A DNA stretch of 64,000 nt from an uncultured Poribacteria bacterium (GCA_951813565.1 OX638351.1:3872001-3936000); one strand, 5' to 3'. Positions 1-11,028 are shown, numbered from the stretch's first letter. Notes: generated by a model not told the origin, from the letters alone. Translations and numbers: made by a program.

Positions 1-8
1 TAGAAATT

Positions 9-1934
9 ATGCAACAAGGCGAACAAATTGCAACAAATACTTTAAAAATCCGTCCATTTTCTATCCTCTTAATCTGTGTGTTGGTTCCACTGAACTGTTG
101 GTGGGTCTCTGCCTCTATTCTGCGTGGTGGCGGTAGTCCAACGCAGGTTTCCCTTTTTTACAATGCCGTTATTACTATTTTAATTCTATTTGGGATTGGA
201 CTCCTATTACGTCGGTTGAATCGTATCCTCGCGCTAAATCGTGCTGAGCTGCTTGTAATATACACATGCATCTCCATTGGTGCGGGACTCGCTGGCGTTG
301 ACAGATTCCTCGTACTGATGCCCCTCATCGGACATGCACACTGGTTTGCTACACCCGAAAATGACTGGATGAACCTGTTTCATCTGCATATTCCAGAGTG
401 GTTAGTTGTTAGCAATAAACGCGCCCTTGAAGGCTATTATTACGGATTTTCCAGTATCTATGAATCGCAGAACCTAATTGCCTGGATACCGAAAATTTTT
501 TGGTGGACACTGTTTATTGTTGCTGTTCACCTTGTTATGTTGTGTTTGAGCCTTATATTTCGGAAGCAGTGGGTTGAATCCGAGCGACTCAGTTATCCGA
601 TTATCCAACTGCCGTATGAAATGACAACATCTAACGGTAGATTTTTCCGATCGCCATGGATGTGGATGGGTCTGGCGATTGGTGTGTCAATTGATATAAT
701 CAACGGATTAAATTATCTGTTTCCTGCTGTGCCGAGTCTTGGCGGCAAGCTATTTGACCTACGCAGAATCTTCACAGAACGCCCATGGAGTGGTATTGGT
801 TGGAGTCCAATTGGTGTTTTTCCGTTTGGCGTTGGGTTATCATTCTTCATACCGCTTGATCTTTCTTTCTCGTGTTGGGCATTCTGGCTAATTTGGCGAG
901 CAGAACGATTGGTAGGGACAATCGCTGGTTGGCGCGGTCTGCCACGCTTTCCTTATGAAGCGGAGCAGTCTCACGGCGCATATCTGGGGTTATGCGTTCT
1001 TGCTATCTGGATGAGTCGGCGGTATTTGAAACAGATTGTAGGGAGTCTTTTCACAAGGAATTACAAATGCAGTGATCGTGCCTCACCGAGTCAAGATGAA
1101 CCTATATCATATCGGCTTATTTTTTTCGCGCTGATTGCAGGCTCAGCCTTTATTGTCGGATTTTGCCTTAAGATGGGGATGAGTCTTTGGATAATCGTTA
1201 TCTATTTCGCAATCTGGTTTGCAATTGCGATTGCTATTACGAGACTCCGTGCCGAGCTTGGTTCACCTGTGCATGATTTACACTTTATCGGTCCTGATGA
1301 GATGTTGCCAAGATTAGTCGGTATCCGCAGACTGGGTGCAGTGAACTTAACCGGTTTTGCATACCTTTACTTTCTCAACCGTGCACACCGTTCGCACGCG
1401 ATGCCGCATCAACTTGAGGGATTCAAACTTGCAGAAGGTGCTAAAATTCCGATACGACGGTTCGCTATGCTGATGATGTTAGCATCTGCCTTGGGGGCAA
1501 TCGGTTCATTCTGGGCTTTTCTTTCAATGTATTATGCTGAAGGTGGCGGTCCGGGTTTTGGTAGAGAATCCTTTGGTCGGTTGGAATCATGGTTAACCTA
1601 TGCAGCGCCTCCTGATGTGCCAGCGATCAGTTTTGCAACTTTCGGATTTGTCATAACATTGCTTCTTGCAGCAATACGAATGCGGTTTATCTGGTGGAAT
1701 CTGCACCCTGTTGGATATGCTATATCGGGCAGTTGGGCAATTAACCCGATGATAGGATCAATTTTTGTCGGATGGCTACTGAAATGGCTTGTCCTAAAAT
1801 ACGGTGGTATTCGTTTGCATCGAAAGGCAATACCGTTTTTCCTCGGAATTGTCCTGGGTGAATTTGTAATTGGCGCGTTTTGGAGTCTATTGGCAGTCGC
1901 ACTTGATCAACCGATGTACCGCTTCTTGTTTTAG
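9..1934 (+). CDS. Polytopic membrane protein, DUF6785/DUF6784-like (OPT-like putative transporter)
   Basis: 641-aa ORF with many hydrophobic segments; motifs FRKQWVESERLSYPIIQLP and WWNLHPVGY resemble this family. Confidence 0.65.
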   Translation: MQQGEQIATNTLKIRPFSILLICVLVPLNCWWVSASILRGGGSPTQVSLFYNAVITILILFGIGLLLRRLNRILALNRAELLVIYTCISIGAGLAGVDRFLVLMPLIGHAHWFATPENDWMNLFHLHIPEWLVVSNKRALEGYYYGFSSIYESQNLIAWIPKIFWWTLFIVAVHLVMLCLSLIFRKQWVESERLSYPIIQLPYEMTTSNGRFFRSPWMWMGLAIGVSIDIINGLNYLFPAVPSLGGKLFDLRRIFTERPWSGIGWSPIGVFPFGVGLSFFIPLDLSFSCWAFWLIWRAERLVGTIAGWRGLPRFPYEAEQSHGAYLGLCVLAIWMSRRYLKQIVGSLFTRNYKCSDRASPSQDEPISYRLIFFALIAGSAFIVGFCLKMGMSLWIIVIYFAIWFAIAIAITRLRAELGSPVHDLHFIGPDEMLPRLVGIRRLGAVNLTGFAYLYFLNRAHRSHAMPHQLEGFKLAEGAKIPIRRFAMLMMLASALGAIGSFWAFLSMYYAEGGGPGFGRESFGRLESWLTYAAPPDVPAISFATFGFVITLLLAAIRMRFIWWNLHPVGYAISGSWAINPMIGSIFVGWLLKWLVLKYGGIRLHRKAIPFFLGIVLGEFVIGAFWSLLAVALDQPMYRFLF

Positions 1935-1942
1935 TTTTGCTT

Positions 1943-2072
1943 GGGGTGTGCAAAGTTTTTGACATGAATACTCATTTTCTATTGTCAAAGGGGCTTCAAC
2001 CCCGATAGATCGGGCTTACAAAGCCCTCCTACAAGAAAGATAACATGGTTAATGCCCAAATATTTGCACACC
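1943..2072. mobile_element. Small MITE-like element containing a GTAG-type REP
   Basis: Ends GGTGTGCAAA / TTTGCACACC (same TIR family as 27209-27563); flanked by imperfect 8-bp direct repeat TTTTGCTT/TTTTGCTC; internal ATCGGGCTTACAAAGCCCTCCTAC. Confidence 0.6.
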
Positions 2073-2146
2073 TTTTGCTCAGAAAAGCGTTGCTATTTTT
2101 TCCTTTTGTGATATAATATTTCAAAAACGCGAGGCACGGTAGAAAA

Positions 2147-2815
2147 TTGAAATTATTGCAGAAGGCAAAAATTATATCAGAGACACTTGAGGATCTGCTC
2201 GGTGTTCCTACTTGGGATGGCACGGAAGATGTCTTGGAATGCCTCATCTTAACAATTTTGTCTCAGAATACCACTGATGTCAGTCGTGATAAGGGCTACG
2301 TTCAGCTCAGAGATAAATTTCCAACTTGGGAAGATGTCTTGCAAGCAGATGCAGATGCAGTAGAGGCAACAATAAAGATTGTTGGGTTAGGAAAACAGAA
2401 AACCGAGACTATCAAAAACTTTCTCGCGTGGCTCAAGGCAGAATATGGTGAGTTATCCTTAGAGTTTATCCACGATATGAAAACGGAGGAAGCATTAGAA
2501 TTCCTCTGTCAACATAAAGGTATCGGAATCAAAACTGCTTCAGTTACACTCTCTTTCGCATGTGGCAGAGAGGTTTTTCCCGTTGATACACATATCATAC
2601 GAATATCTAAACGTCTCGGGTTGGTTCAACCAAATTGCAGTACGGAAAAGGCACATTACGAGTTGCCGCAGATTATTCCGAAGGGGAAATCATATCCGTT
2701 TCACATGAACTTAATCTACTTCGGCAGACAAATATGTAATGCTCGAAAACCTTTGTGTGAACAGTGCCCTTTAACGCAGCACTGCCTTTACTATAAAGAG
2801 AACTCGCAAACTTAG
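2147..2815 (+). CDS. nth: Endonuclease III family HhH-GPD DNA glycosylase
   Basis: HhH motif KGIGIKTA, FPVDTH, C-terminal 4Fe-4S motif CNARKPLCEQCPLTQHC; TTG start. Confidence 0.85.
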   Translation: MKLLQKAKIISETLEDLLGVPTWDGTEDVLECLILTILSQNTTDVSRDKGYVQLRDKFPTWEDVLQADADAVEATIKIVGLGKQKTETIKNFLAWLKAEYGELSLEFIHDMKTEEALEFLCQHKGIGIKTASVTLSFACGREVFPVDTHIIRISKRLGLVQPNCSTEKAHYELPQIIPKGKSYPFHMNLIYFGRQICNARKPLCEQCPLTQHCLYYKENSQT

Positions 2816-2844
2816 ATCGTATCTATATTTATCGGAGATAAGAT

Positions 2845-4962
2845 ATGTTTAATTGGAGAAATTTATCATGGAAACATCTATTTGTTATGTTATTGATATT
2901 ACATATCCTGCCGCTCTGGATTTTTGCCTATTTTCCCTCTCAAGACGGTCCAAGCCACGTTTACAACGCATTGGTACTAAAAGAATATTCCAAGCACGAA
3001 AACTATAAGATACGGGATGCTTGGAAACTCAATATCACCATCTTTCCGAACTGGTTATCCCACATTGCACTTGCTGCGCTCCTCTACATTTTTCCGCCTG
3101 TGATGTCTGAGAAAATTTTTTTGACATTCGCAATTGGTATGATACCGATTGCGTTTTTCTATTTCCTTGACGCTATCCACAAAGACAAAAAAGAGAGGTT
3201 TCTGTTCGCTTGGCTCGGTTTTCCGTTTGCCTATAATTACCTTCTCTACATGGGATTTTATAACTTCACACTCAGTATCTCCTTTTTCTTCTTCAGTTTC
3301 GGATTTTGGTGGAAGCACAAAGACAATATGCAGGTTAAGCATATCTGCGTGTTGTATGTGCTGTTACTGCTCACCTATTTGTCGCACATTGCCTCTTATG
3401 GACTTGTCGTATTAGGTATGTCTCTTGCAGCCGGATGTATATGGGGATTAGGTGCATTAGTAGAAGCATGGCAAGCGCGAAGGGAACATATCGGAGAGAT
3501 GCTCAAACAATTCGTTATTAGTCTAAAGCCTTTTTTCCGCTTCCTTCTCTACATGGTACCGATCTATTTTGTCCTGATGGAATATTACCTACAAAGTCTC
3601 AAACTGCATCCAACAGGCAGCCATAGAGGGATGGACTATATTAAAGACTATTTTTTTGAAATCGGATGTCTCGTCTATTTCACACGTTGGCATGTTCATG
3701 CCAACCACTTCTTGCTCGCTGTGTTAGGAATTGCAATACTTGTTTCATTAGGTTACCGAATTTACCGTAAAGAGTGGATAAAAAGGACTGACGTATTTTT
3801 GTTGATTGCAATCCTGTTTACTTATATGTTCATCAGGGCGCCTTGGAGTTACGGACCTGGCGGGTGGATTAACGACAGAATCTATATCTATATTTTGCTG
3901 ATGTTGGCACCCTGGTTAATCATAGATATGCACAAATTCGTTCGATACGCTATTACAACCTGCCTAATTATTTTCACCTTGCTTCATTTTGGTAGGACTG
4001 CCTACGAACACGGATCCATCTCGCCAGAGATGGCTGAACTTGCATCAGGGGCAAAGTTGATAGAACCACATACGACGTTTTCCATTCGTACCGCAGATGG
4101 GCACAAATCCGAGGCACTCGGACGGGTTAACCCTGTTGCTCCTTTTATACACACACAGGCTTTTTATGGCGTGTATGCGGATGATGTTGTCCACATGGCA
4201 AACTATGAAGCTAACTATTACTACTTTCCAGTAAATCGTAACAACAAAGATAGTGTCGATTTAGGTTATATTCGCGCGGATTATGTTGTCGCTTGGTACT
4301 ATCCAGAAACCGAACTGTTTGCGGACCTAAAACCTGATTATGACATTATTTATCAAACGGAGCATCTGAAACTATTTAAAAGAAAAACGCAAGAACCGGT
4401 ACTTGATCTCTGGGATGAGACAGTGAATGGAAAGCTGATTATCCGTTTTGATATGCAACCTGACAATGCTGAAGTTGAAGAGAACCACTATATCGTTGGT
4501 CCGAAAACAATGTATGTGAGTGGTAAATATGGTTGGGATACGGAGTGGAATCCCAGAGTGCAGACGAATACCACTAACTGGAGAATTTCACCACGTGCAG
4601 CGTATCTGGGTCCGCCAGAAGGTTCTACCCCACTTACAAGGGATGCAGTCTATGGCAAAGAAGATGCTGCTTTTAGACTTGACCTGCCAAATGGCACATA
4701 TCGTGTGACCAACATTTTTCAATCAGCAGAAGAAGCAACACATGAAGTTAATATGTTGGCAAACGGTAAGCCAATTATAAAAAAACTCATTGTGCCGCCT
4801 CATAACGAAAAAGTTGAAAAGGTTGCTACCGTTGAGGTGGAGAATGGATATCTTGTTCTCGTAATTTACACGCCAAAAAAGCGAATACAGACTGATAGCA
4901 AACATATTCATTGGATATGGAACGGTTGTATCGTTGAGCAGATTACTGCGGAGGAAGAATAA
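2845..4962 (+). CDS. Multi-pass membrane protein, putative GT-C-like glycosyltransferase with C-terminal beta-sandwich domain
   Basis: N-terminal TM followed by FPSQDGPSH loop, about 12 TMs, soluble C-terminus (FRLDLPNGTYRV); paralog of 42746-44842. Confidence 0.5.
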   Translation: MFNWRNLSWKHLFVMLLILHILPLWIFAYFPSQDGPSHVYNALVLKEYSKHENYKIRDAWKLNITIFPNWLSHIALAALLYIFPPVMSEKIFLTFAIGMIPIAFFYFLDAIHKDKKERFLFAWLGFPFAYNYLLYMGFYNFTLSISFFFFSFGFWWKHKDNMQVKHICVLYVLLLLTYLSHIASYGLVVLGMSLAAGCIWGLGALVEAWQARREHIGEMLKQFVISLKPFFRFLLYMVPIYFVLMEYYLQSLKLHPTGSHRGMDYIKDYFFEIGCLVYFTRWHVHANHFLLAVLGIAILVSLGYRIYRKEWIKRTDVFLLIAILFTYMFIRAPWSYGPGGWINDRIYIYILLMLAPWLIIDMHKFVRYAITTCLIIFTLLHFGRTAYEHGSISPEMAELASGAKLIEPHTTFSIRTADGHKSEALGRVNPVAPFIHTQAFYGVYADDVVHMANYEANYYYFPVNRNNKDSVDLGYIRADYVVAWYYPETELFADLKPDYDIIYQTEHLKLFKRKTQEPVLDLWDETVNGKLIIRFDMQPDNAEVEENHYIVGPKTMYVSGKYGWDTEWNPRVQTNTTNWRISPRAAYLGPPEGSTPLTRDAVYGKEDAAFRLDLPNGTYRVTNIFQSAEEATHEVNMLANGKPIIKKLIVPPHNEKVEKVATVEVENGYLVLVIYTPKKRIQTDSKHIHWIWNGCIVEQITAEEE

Positions 4963-5077
4963 CCTTAAATCTAACATTTTCCGATTATGATGGAATTTAT
5001 GTGAATTTTAAATTACTGATACACACTAACCATTGTTATTCCTATAATTTCAGAATTAAATGTACAAGGAGAATTGA

Positions 5078-6271
5078 ATGATTAAACCACATGGAGCCGA
5101 AACCTTAACACCGCTTTACATATCGGATGATGCGCAACGCGCCGAACTGACGAAGGAGGCAGAAGAACTTCCGTCTGTCTTGCTCTCTTCGGGTGCAGCT
5201 GCATCAGCCGTAATGCTGGCATCGGGATACTTCACCCCGCTGACAGGATACATGAATATCGCTGAGGCAACAAACGTTGCATCTGATATGAAACTGCCCA
5301 ACGGACTTTTTTGGCCCGTTCCCATTTTGAACATTGTTTCTGATGATCAACTTACAGATGCAGTGAAAAATGCTGACCGAATTGCCTTACGCGATCCTAA
5401 CGTTGATGGCAATCCGCCACTTGCAGTGATGACGGTTTCGGCAATTGAGACGTTTACATCAGAACAAAAACATCTTATTATTGAAAAGACATTTGGAACA
5501 ACCGATCCCGAACATCCTGGTGTTCCTGCTTTTGCCGATGTCGGAGATAATGTCCTCTCTGGTTCTATTGAAGTGCTGAACTATTCCTATTTCCCTGAAG
5601 ACTTCCCTGACACATTTCGTACTGCCGTTGAGATTCGTGAAAACATTGCAGCACGCGGGTGGGAAACAGTTGTCGCTTTTCAGACGCGTAACCCGATGCA
5701 CCGCGCGCATGAAGAACTCTGTAAGATCGCGCAAAGAGAGGTTAACGCTGATGGTGTGCTAATTCACATGCTTCTCGGCAAACTAAAACCGGGTGACATC
5801 CCCGCTGCCGTTCGTGACGCCGCTATTCGCGCTATGGTCCAACACTATTTTCCTGAGAATACTGTCTCCATTACCGGCTACGGATTTGATATGCTCTACG
5901 CAGGACCACGGGAAGCATTGCTGCACGCCGTTTTCCGACAGAACAGTGGCGCGTCACACTTCATCGTTGGGCGCGACCATGCTGGTGCTGGTGATTTCTA
6001 TGGGCCTTTCGACGCACAAAAAATCTTTGATGAAATCCTCGCAGATGCATTAGAAATCGAAATTTTCCGTGGCAACTGGACGATGTGGTGCAATAAGTGC
6101 AACAAGATCATCATGATGGGTGACTGCCCACACGGACAGGATGATTATTTCTCAATCTCTGGCACGAAAATGCGTGAAATGCTTGGAGCGGGTGAACCGC
6201 TTCCACCCGAAATCTCCAGACCTGAAGTTGCTGAGATTTTAATGGAGTATTATCAAAACGAAGTAAATTAA
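5078..6271 (+). CDS. sat: Sulfate adenylyltransferase (ATP sulfurylase)
   Basis: VAFQTRNPMHRAHE, YAGPREA and VGRDHAG motifs. Confidence 0.95.
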   Translation: MIKPHGAETLTPLYISDDAQRAELTKEAEELPSVLLSSGAAASAVMLASGYFTPLTGYMNIAEATNVASDMKLPNGLFWPVPILNIVSDDQLTDAVKNADRIALRDPNVDGNPPLAVMTVSAIETFTSEQKHLIIEKTFGTTDPEHPGVPAFADVGDNVLSGSIEVLNYSYFPEDFPDTFRTAVEIRENIAARGWETVVAFQTRNPMHRAHEELCKIAQREVNADGVLIHMLLGKLKPGDIPAAVRDAAIRAMVQHYFPENTVSITGYGFDMLYAGPREALLHAVFRQNSGASHFIVGRDHAGAGDFYGPFDAQKIFDEILADALEIEIFRGNWTMWCNKCNKIIMMGDCPHGQDDYFSISGTKMREMLGAGEPLPPEISRPEVAEILMEYYQNEVN

Positions 6272-7510
6272 TTGATCACCGTGCAAGCCATCCAATACAC
6301 CAAAAGCATTCCCCGTTATCTCGCAATGCGCTATCTTGGAAAAAGGTGGCGCAGTCTCTATACGTCCCCGCTCTCTTGTGTGCATCTCGTTGATATTCCA
6401 GAGCCACAACTGCCAACGCCGCAATGGGTTAAACTCAAAACGCGACTCAGCGGTATCTGTGGCTCCGATTTGGCAACGATTACCGCAAAAGGGAGTCCTT
6501 ATTTTTCTCCCTTTACATCAACACCGTTTGTCTTAGGGCATGAGATTGTCGGTGAAATTGCTGAGATTGGTGATGCGGTTGAGGGTTGGTCTATCGGTGA
6601 GAGAGTCGTTGTTGAACCAGCACTCTCTTGCATAGTCCGAGAGATTGACCCTCCGTGTCATCAGTGTCAAAACTCGCGTTTTGCCAACTGTGAAAATATC
6701 ACAAAAGGAAGCATCTCTGCAGGCATCCAGACAGGCTATTGTCGTGATACAGGCGGCGGGTGGAGTCAATATGTGCTTGCGCATCAATCACAACTGCACC
6801 TTGTCCCTGATGATATATCAGATGAATTAGCAGTTTTACTTGAACCGTTCGCGTGTTCTATACACGGTGTTTTGCAGGCTGAATTCCACGATAAAGACGA
6901 CATTTGTATAATTGGTGGCGGCACCATTGGGTTGCTTACCGTAGCCGCACTGCGAATGCTCGGATATCAAAATCGCATCCTCATTTTTGCCAAATACGCA
7001 CACCAACAGGAATTTGCCCGTGACCTCGGTGCAGATGTGGTGCTACCAGTCAATAACAGTCGTTACGCTGTTTTCAGTGAATTGACAGATGCTGAGCCGT
7101 ATCAACCTGAACTTGGGCAACAGGTTTTGCTCGGAGGGGTAGATTTAACATTCGATTGTATCGGTTCAAGTATTACAATAGACGACGCGTTACGTTTCAC
7201 GCGAGCAGGTGGTGAGGTTGTTTTACTCGGTATGCCGGGAATTCCGAAAAACATTGACTGGACATCTATCTGGTATAAGCAGTTGCGTGTAAAGGGGGCA
7301 TACGCTTACGGTTTGGAAACGTATAACGGCGAACAAATTCACACATTTCAACTCGGACTATGTCTCTTGCAGGAGCACGGAGAGCAATTGCTTCCATTGG
7401 TCGGCACACCATTTTCCATTCGAGACTACAAGCGTGCGATCCAGACCGCTCTTAATACAGGAAAATCTGCCGCAGTTAAAACCGTTTTTGATTTGCGAAC
7501 GGAGCAGTAG
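6272..7510 (+). CDS. Zinc-dependent alcohol dehydrogenase (MDR family)
   Basis: GICGSD, GHE, structural Zn Cys cluster, GGGTIG Rossmann motif; start codon uncertain. Confidence 0.85.
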   Translation: MITVQAIQYTKSIPRYLAMRYLGKRWRSLYTSPLSCVHLVDIPEPQLPTPQWVKLKTRLSGICGSDLATITAKGSPYFSPFTSTPFVLGHEIVGEIAEIGDAVEGWSIGERVVVEPALSCIVREIDPPCHQCQNSRFANCENITKGSISAGIQTGYCRDTGGGWSQYVLAHQSQLHLVPDDISDELAVLLEPFACSIHGVLQAEFHDKDDICIIGGGTIGLLTVAALRMLGYQNRILIFAKYAHQQEFARDLGADVVLPVNNSRYAVFSELTDAEPYQPELGQQVLLGGVDLTFDCIGSSITIDDALRFTRAGGEVVLLGMPGIPKNIDWTSIWYKQLRVKGAYAYGLETYNGEQIHTFQLGLCLLQEHGEQLLPLVGTPFSIRDYKRAIQTALNTGKSAAVKTVFDLRTEQ

Positions 7511-7595
7511 AAGCGATCTATCAGGTCCAAGCAGACTTTAACAACTCTTCTATTTCTAATCCAATAGCAGGAGATGGAAGTTTATGTCGTTTATG

Positions 7596-7687
7596 TCGTA
7601 GGTTGGGTTGAACCGCAGGTGAAACCCAACATTTCCAGTACGTAGAAGCGTTGCATGTTGGGTTTCGTCCCTCAACCCAACCTACGA
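7596..7687. repeat. GTAG-family REP doublet (REPIN-like inverted pair)
   Basis: TCGTAGGTTGGGTTGA...TCAACCCAACCTACGA 16-bp inverted ends with internal GAAACCCAACA/TGTTGGGTTTC; half copy near 55468-55502. Confidence 0.8.
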
Positions 7688-7850
7688 TACTATTTAAATC
7701 ATTAACGTTTGTGATAAAATGCCCTGAAAAACCGAAAACTAAATAACCCTGCCATCTGATAAAAAACTTGCACACTCCCATCAACTATGCTAAAATAAAT
7801 ACAGCATTTAAGCTACAACAAACATCGTATGAGATAGGTTTATTCAGTTA

Positions 7851-9401
7851 ATGAGATACTTCACCTACTTCGGAAATCACCTCGTAAATGCCAAAATACC
7901 TGACAATTCAGAGGTGTTTTACGCTAAACCGCCGCTGCCGGGCATAAAACGTGCTGCACTCAGTGAGCATACGCAGCATGCCTATGAAAACCCACTTGAG
8001 ATGCCGCCACTGCGGGAACTCGTTGATGGCAATTCAAAGGTGCTTATCCTATTTGATGATAACTGCCAACCCTTTCCACCAACCAAAAAGCCAGATATGC
8101 GGCAGATTATGATCGAAACGCTCTTGAAGATGCTATATGAGTATGGTGTAGAAAAAAAGAATATCCAACTGATGTGTGCAGTCGCACTTCACCGGAAAAT
8201 GAAGGAACATGAACTCGCCTATATGTTAGGAAAAGATATTATGGACGAGTTCTATCCGCATCAACTCCGAAATTTTGACGCTGAGGATGCCGAACAAATT
8301 GTTGAAGTAGGGAAAACAGAACATGATGAAATTGTTGAGACGGATAAAGCTGCTCTTGACGCTGATCTAATCATTTATGTTGATATGATACAGATTCCAC
8401 TCAATGGTGGACACAAATCTGTTGCAGTAGGTCTTGGCACGTATAACTCTATCGCACCGCACCACTCACCACACATGACATCGGAATCTCCGCATGTGAT
8501 GCAACCGGAAGGTTCGCACATGCATGCTTGTATTGAACGAATGAGTCGTCTCATTCAAAAAGAGACACCGATTTTAGTGCTTGAAGCAGCGATGAATGGC
8601 GCGATATATCCCTTCCATCTCCGTTATGTTGGAAAACCCAACCAAGATTGCAACATTGCTGAGCGAGTCATCAAGGCGTTTACACCTGCAACTTTATCAC
8701 TTTTGCCAGAATCTGTCCGGTATAATATACTCAAAAGCGTGCGGACAGACTATGAACCGATAGAGGTGAATGCCGGTGACATTGATGCTGTTCACGCAAA
8801 AACGTTGGCATCAATGAAAGAGCAATTGGCAATTAATATTCCTCGCCAGTACAGCACGTTAGTGTTTGGCTTGCCCGATATGAGTCCTTATGCTGTAGAT
8901 GCGCGCATCAATCCAGTTTTGGTCGTAAGCGACATCTTGGGGTATGTTTTCAACTGGTTCTATAACAAACCGATTATTAAAAGGAACGGGGTTGTTATTA
9001 TCATGAATCCGACCTACGAGATATTTCATGAGGAGTATCACGTAGCATATAAGATGTTTTATGATGAGGTGCTCGCCGATACAACTGAACCGTTTGAGAT
9101 GCAACAGAAATATCAGGAAAAATACGCGAAGGACGAGTATTTAATTGATTGTTATCGGAACAAGTACGCGCATCACGGGTTTCATCCGTTTACTGTCTGG
9201 TATTGGGCAACTTATCCGCTGAAATATCTATCAAAGGTGATTTTGGTCGGTCCGAAAGAGCCGCGAGTGGCACAACGGTTAGGTGTTGAATGGGCAAAGG
9301 ACTTAGACGATGCGCTTGCAATAGCACGCGGAATTTCTGGCGAAGACGATGTGGTTGCCTTGACGATGCCACCGTTCTTTTATGCAAATGTAATGAGTTA
9401 A
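7851..9401 (+). CDS. Lactate racemase (LarA/DUF2088) domain protein
   Basis: ENPLEMPPLRELV, ILFDD, AVALHRKM and GGHKS motifs typical of the LarA N-terminal domain. Confidence 0.75.
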   Translation: MRYFTYFGNHLVNAKIPDNSEVFYAKPPLPGIKRAALSEHTQHAYENPLEMPPLRELVDGNSKVLILFDDNCQPFPPTKKPDMRQIMIETLLKMLYEYGVEKKNIQLMCAVALHRKMKEHELAYMLGKDIMDEFYPHQLRNFDAEDAEQIVEVGKTEHDEIVETDKAALDADLIIYVDMIQIPLNGGHKSVAVGLGTYNSIAPHHSPHMTSESPHVMQPEGSHMHACIERMSRLIQKETPILVLEAAMNGAIYPFHLRYVGKPNQDCNIAERVIKAFTPATLSLLPESVRYNILKSVRTDYEPIEVNAGDIDAVHAKTLASMKEQLAINIPRQYSTLVFGLPDMSPYAVDARINPVLVVSDILGYVFNWFYNKPIIKRNGVVIIMNPTYEIFHEEYHVAYKMFYDEVLADTTEPFEMQQKYQEKYAKDEYLIDCYRNKYAHHGFHPFTVWYWATYPLKYLSKVILVGPKEPRVAQRLGVEWAKDLDDALAIARGISGEDDVVALTMPPFFYANVMS

Positions 9402-9424
9402 AACCGATAACAAATTGAGAAATT

Positions 9425-10999
9425 ATGATTACCAATAAAAAAATACCCACTCCAGAAGAAATCGAAAAGGAGTTCCAAGAATTCTTCCAAAAGAAGTACG
9501 GTGATGGCGTAAGCGTTCGCTTAGGTTACGTGGGTGGACAGCAAGACTCACCTGATCAAACAGAGGAAGAAGTACCTGAACCACAGAATACCTTTGATTT
9601 AAAGTTTGATCTCAAACCGAAAGACATAAAAAAGTATTTAGATAGGTATGTCATCAAACAGGATGAGGGAAAAAAGGCGCTCGCTATTGCGGTCTGCGAC
9701 CACTATAACCACGTCCGAGAATGCCATGAAAATCCAGAGGCTGCGGATACCGACTACTCTAAACAGAATATTGTGATGCTCGGTCCGACTGGGGTCGGCA
9801 AGACATATCTCATCAGACACATTGCCAAGCTAATCGGCGTGCCGTTTGTCAAAGCAGATGCCACGCGATTTAGCGAAACTGGTTACGTCGGTGCAAATGT
9901 GGACGATTTAATTCGGGAATTGGTTGCGCAAGCAGATGATAATCTTGAATTGGCACAATACGGGATTATCTATCTTGATGAAGCGGACAAAATCTCCACC
10001 CCACCGAATATCATAGGACGCGATGTGAGTGGACGTGGTGTGCAGATTGGCCTTCTCAAATTGATGGAGGAAACCGAAGTTGACCTTAGAGGAGGCAACG
10101 ATGTCGCTTCTCAGATGCGTGCCGCAATGGAATTCCAGAAAAGTGGTAAGGTGGAAAAAGAGGTGATTAATACTCGCCACATTCTATTTATTATCAGTGG
10201 TGCGTTTACCGGTATGGAGGAGATTATCAAAAAACGCATGCATCAAAGCAGAATCGGTTTTAACGCTGAAGTCGCAAGCCAAAAAGATGATGCATCACAG
10301 TATCTTGAGCACGTTACCCCCAAAGATTTTATCGATTTCGGCTTTGAACCTGAATTCATCGGTAGGCTGCCTGTGCACGTAGTATGTAGTGAATTGGCTG
10401 TTGACGATCTTTTTTATATTTTGAAACATTCAGAAGGCTCTATCATTCGGCAATATGAAAACGCTTTCAGTGCTTACGGTATTACTGTGCTGTTTTCAGA
10501 AAGTGGGTTACGCCGAATAGCCGAAAAAGCGATTGAACAAAAAACCGGTGCGCGTGCTTTAATGACTGTCTGTGAAAAGGTTTTGCGCAACTATAAGTTT
10601 GAACTTCCATCTACGAGTGTTGTGGATTTTGTTGTCACAGCAGAGGTTGTTGATGATCCTGATGCCCAACTCAAACGGATTACAGAGGATGCCGAATACA
10701 ATCGCAACACAGTGATGCAAGAGCAGGTTCGTAGGTATGAAGCGAAGTTCTACACTGACCACGATTTGAAAATTGCGTTTGACGCAGCAGCAACAGATGC
10801 CATTTGTGAACGCGCTTTGGCACAAGAAAAGACAATACCGCAGATATGTGATGAAATTCTAAAAAGTTATCAGCACGGATTGAACCTTATCAAGCAAAAT
10901 ACAGGACAATCATCATTCACCTTTCCAAAAGAGGTTGTGGAAAATCCTGACCCAGTGCTTGAGGAATGGATCCGTGAATCATACACAACAAAACGCTGA
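9425..10999 (+). CDS. ClpX-like AAA+ ATPase lacking the N-terminal Zn-finger
   Basis: Walker A GPTGVGKT, GYVG pore loop, Walker B YLDEADK, RDVSGRGVQ, IGF loop, PEFIGRLP, TGARAL. Confidence 0.85.
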   Translation: MITNKKIPTPEEIEKEFQEFFQKKYGDGVSVRLGYVGGQQDSPDQTEEEVPEPQNTFDLKFDLKPKDIKKYLDRYVIKQDEGKKALAIAVCDHYNHVRECHENPEAADTDYSKQNIVMLGPTGVGKTYLIRHIAKLIGVPFVKADATRFSETGYVGANVDDLIRELVAQADDNLELAQYGIIYLDEADKISTPPNIIGRDVSGRGVQIGLLKLMEETEVDLRGGNDVASQMRAAMEFQKSGKVEKEVINTRHILFIISGAFTGMEEIIKKRMHQSRIGFNAEVASQKDDASQYLEHVTPKDFIDFGFEPEFIGRLPVHVVCSELAVDDLFYILKHSEGSIIRQYENAFSAYGITVLFSESGLRRIAEKAIEQKTGARALMTVCEKVLRNYKFELPSTSVVDFVVTAEVVDDPDAQLKRITEDAEYNRNTVMQEQVRRYEAKFYTDHDLKIAFDAAATDAICERALAQEKTIPQICDEILKSYQHGLNLIKQNTGQSSFTFPKEVVENPDPVLEEWIRESYTTKR

Positions 11000-11028
11000 A
11001 TCAAAAGAATCCGCAGAAAAATCAAATT

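Noticed and set aside
5078..6271. Dissimilatory sulfur metabolism
   Set aside because: No apr/dsr/qmo genes here; sat plus cysC fits PAPS synthesis equally well.
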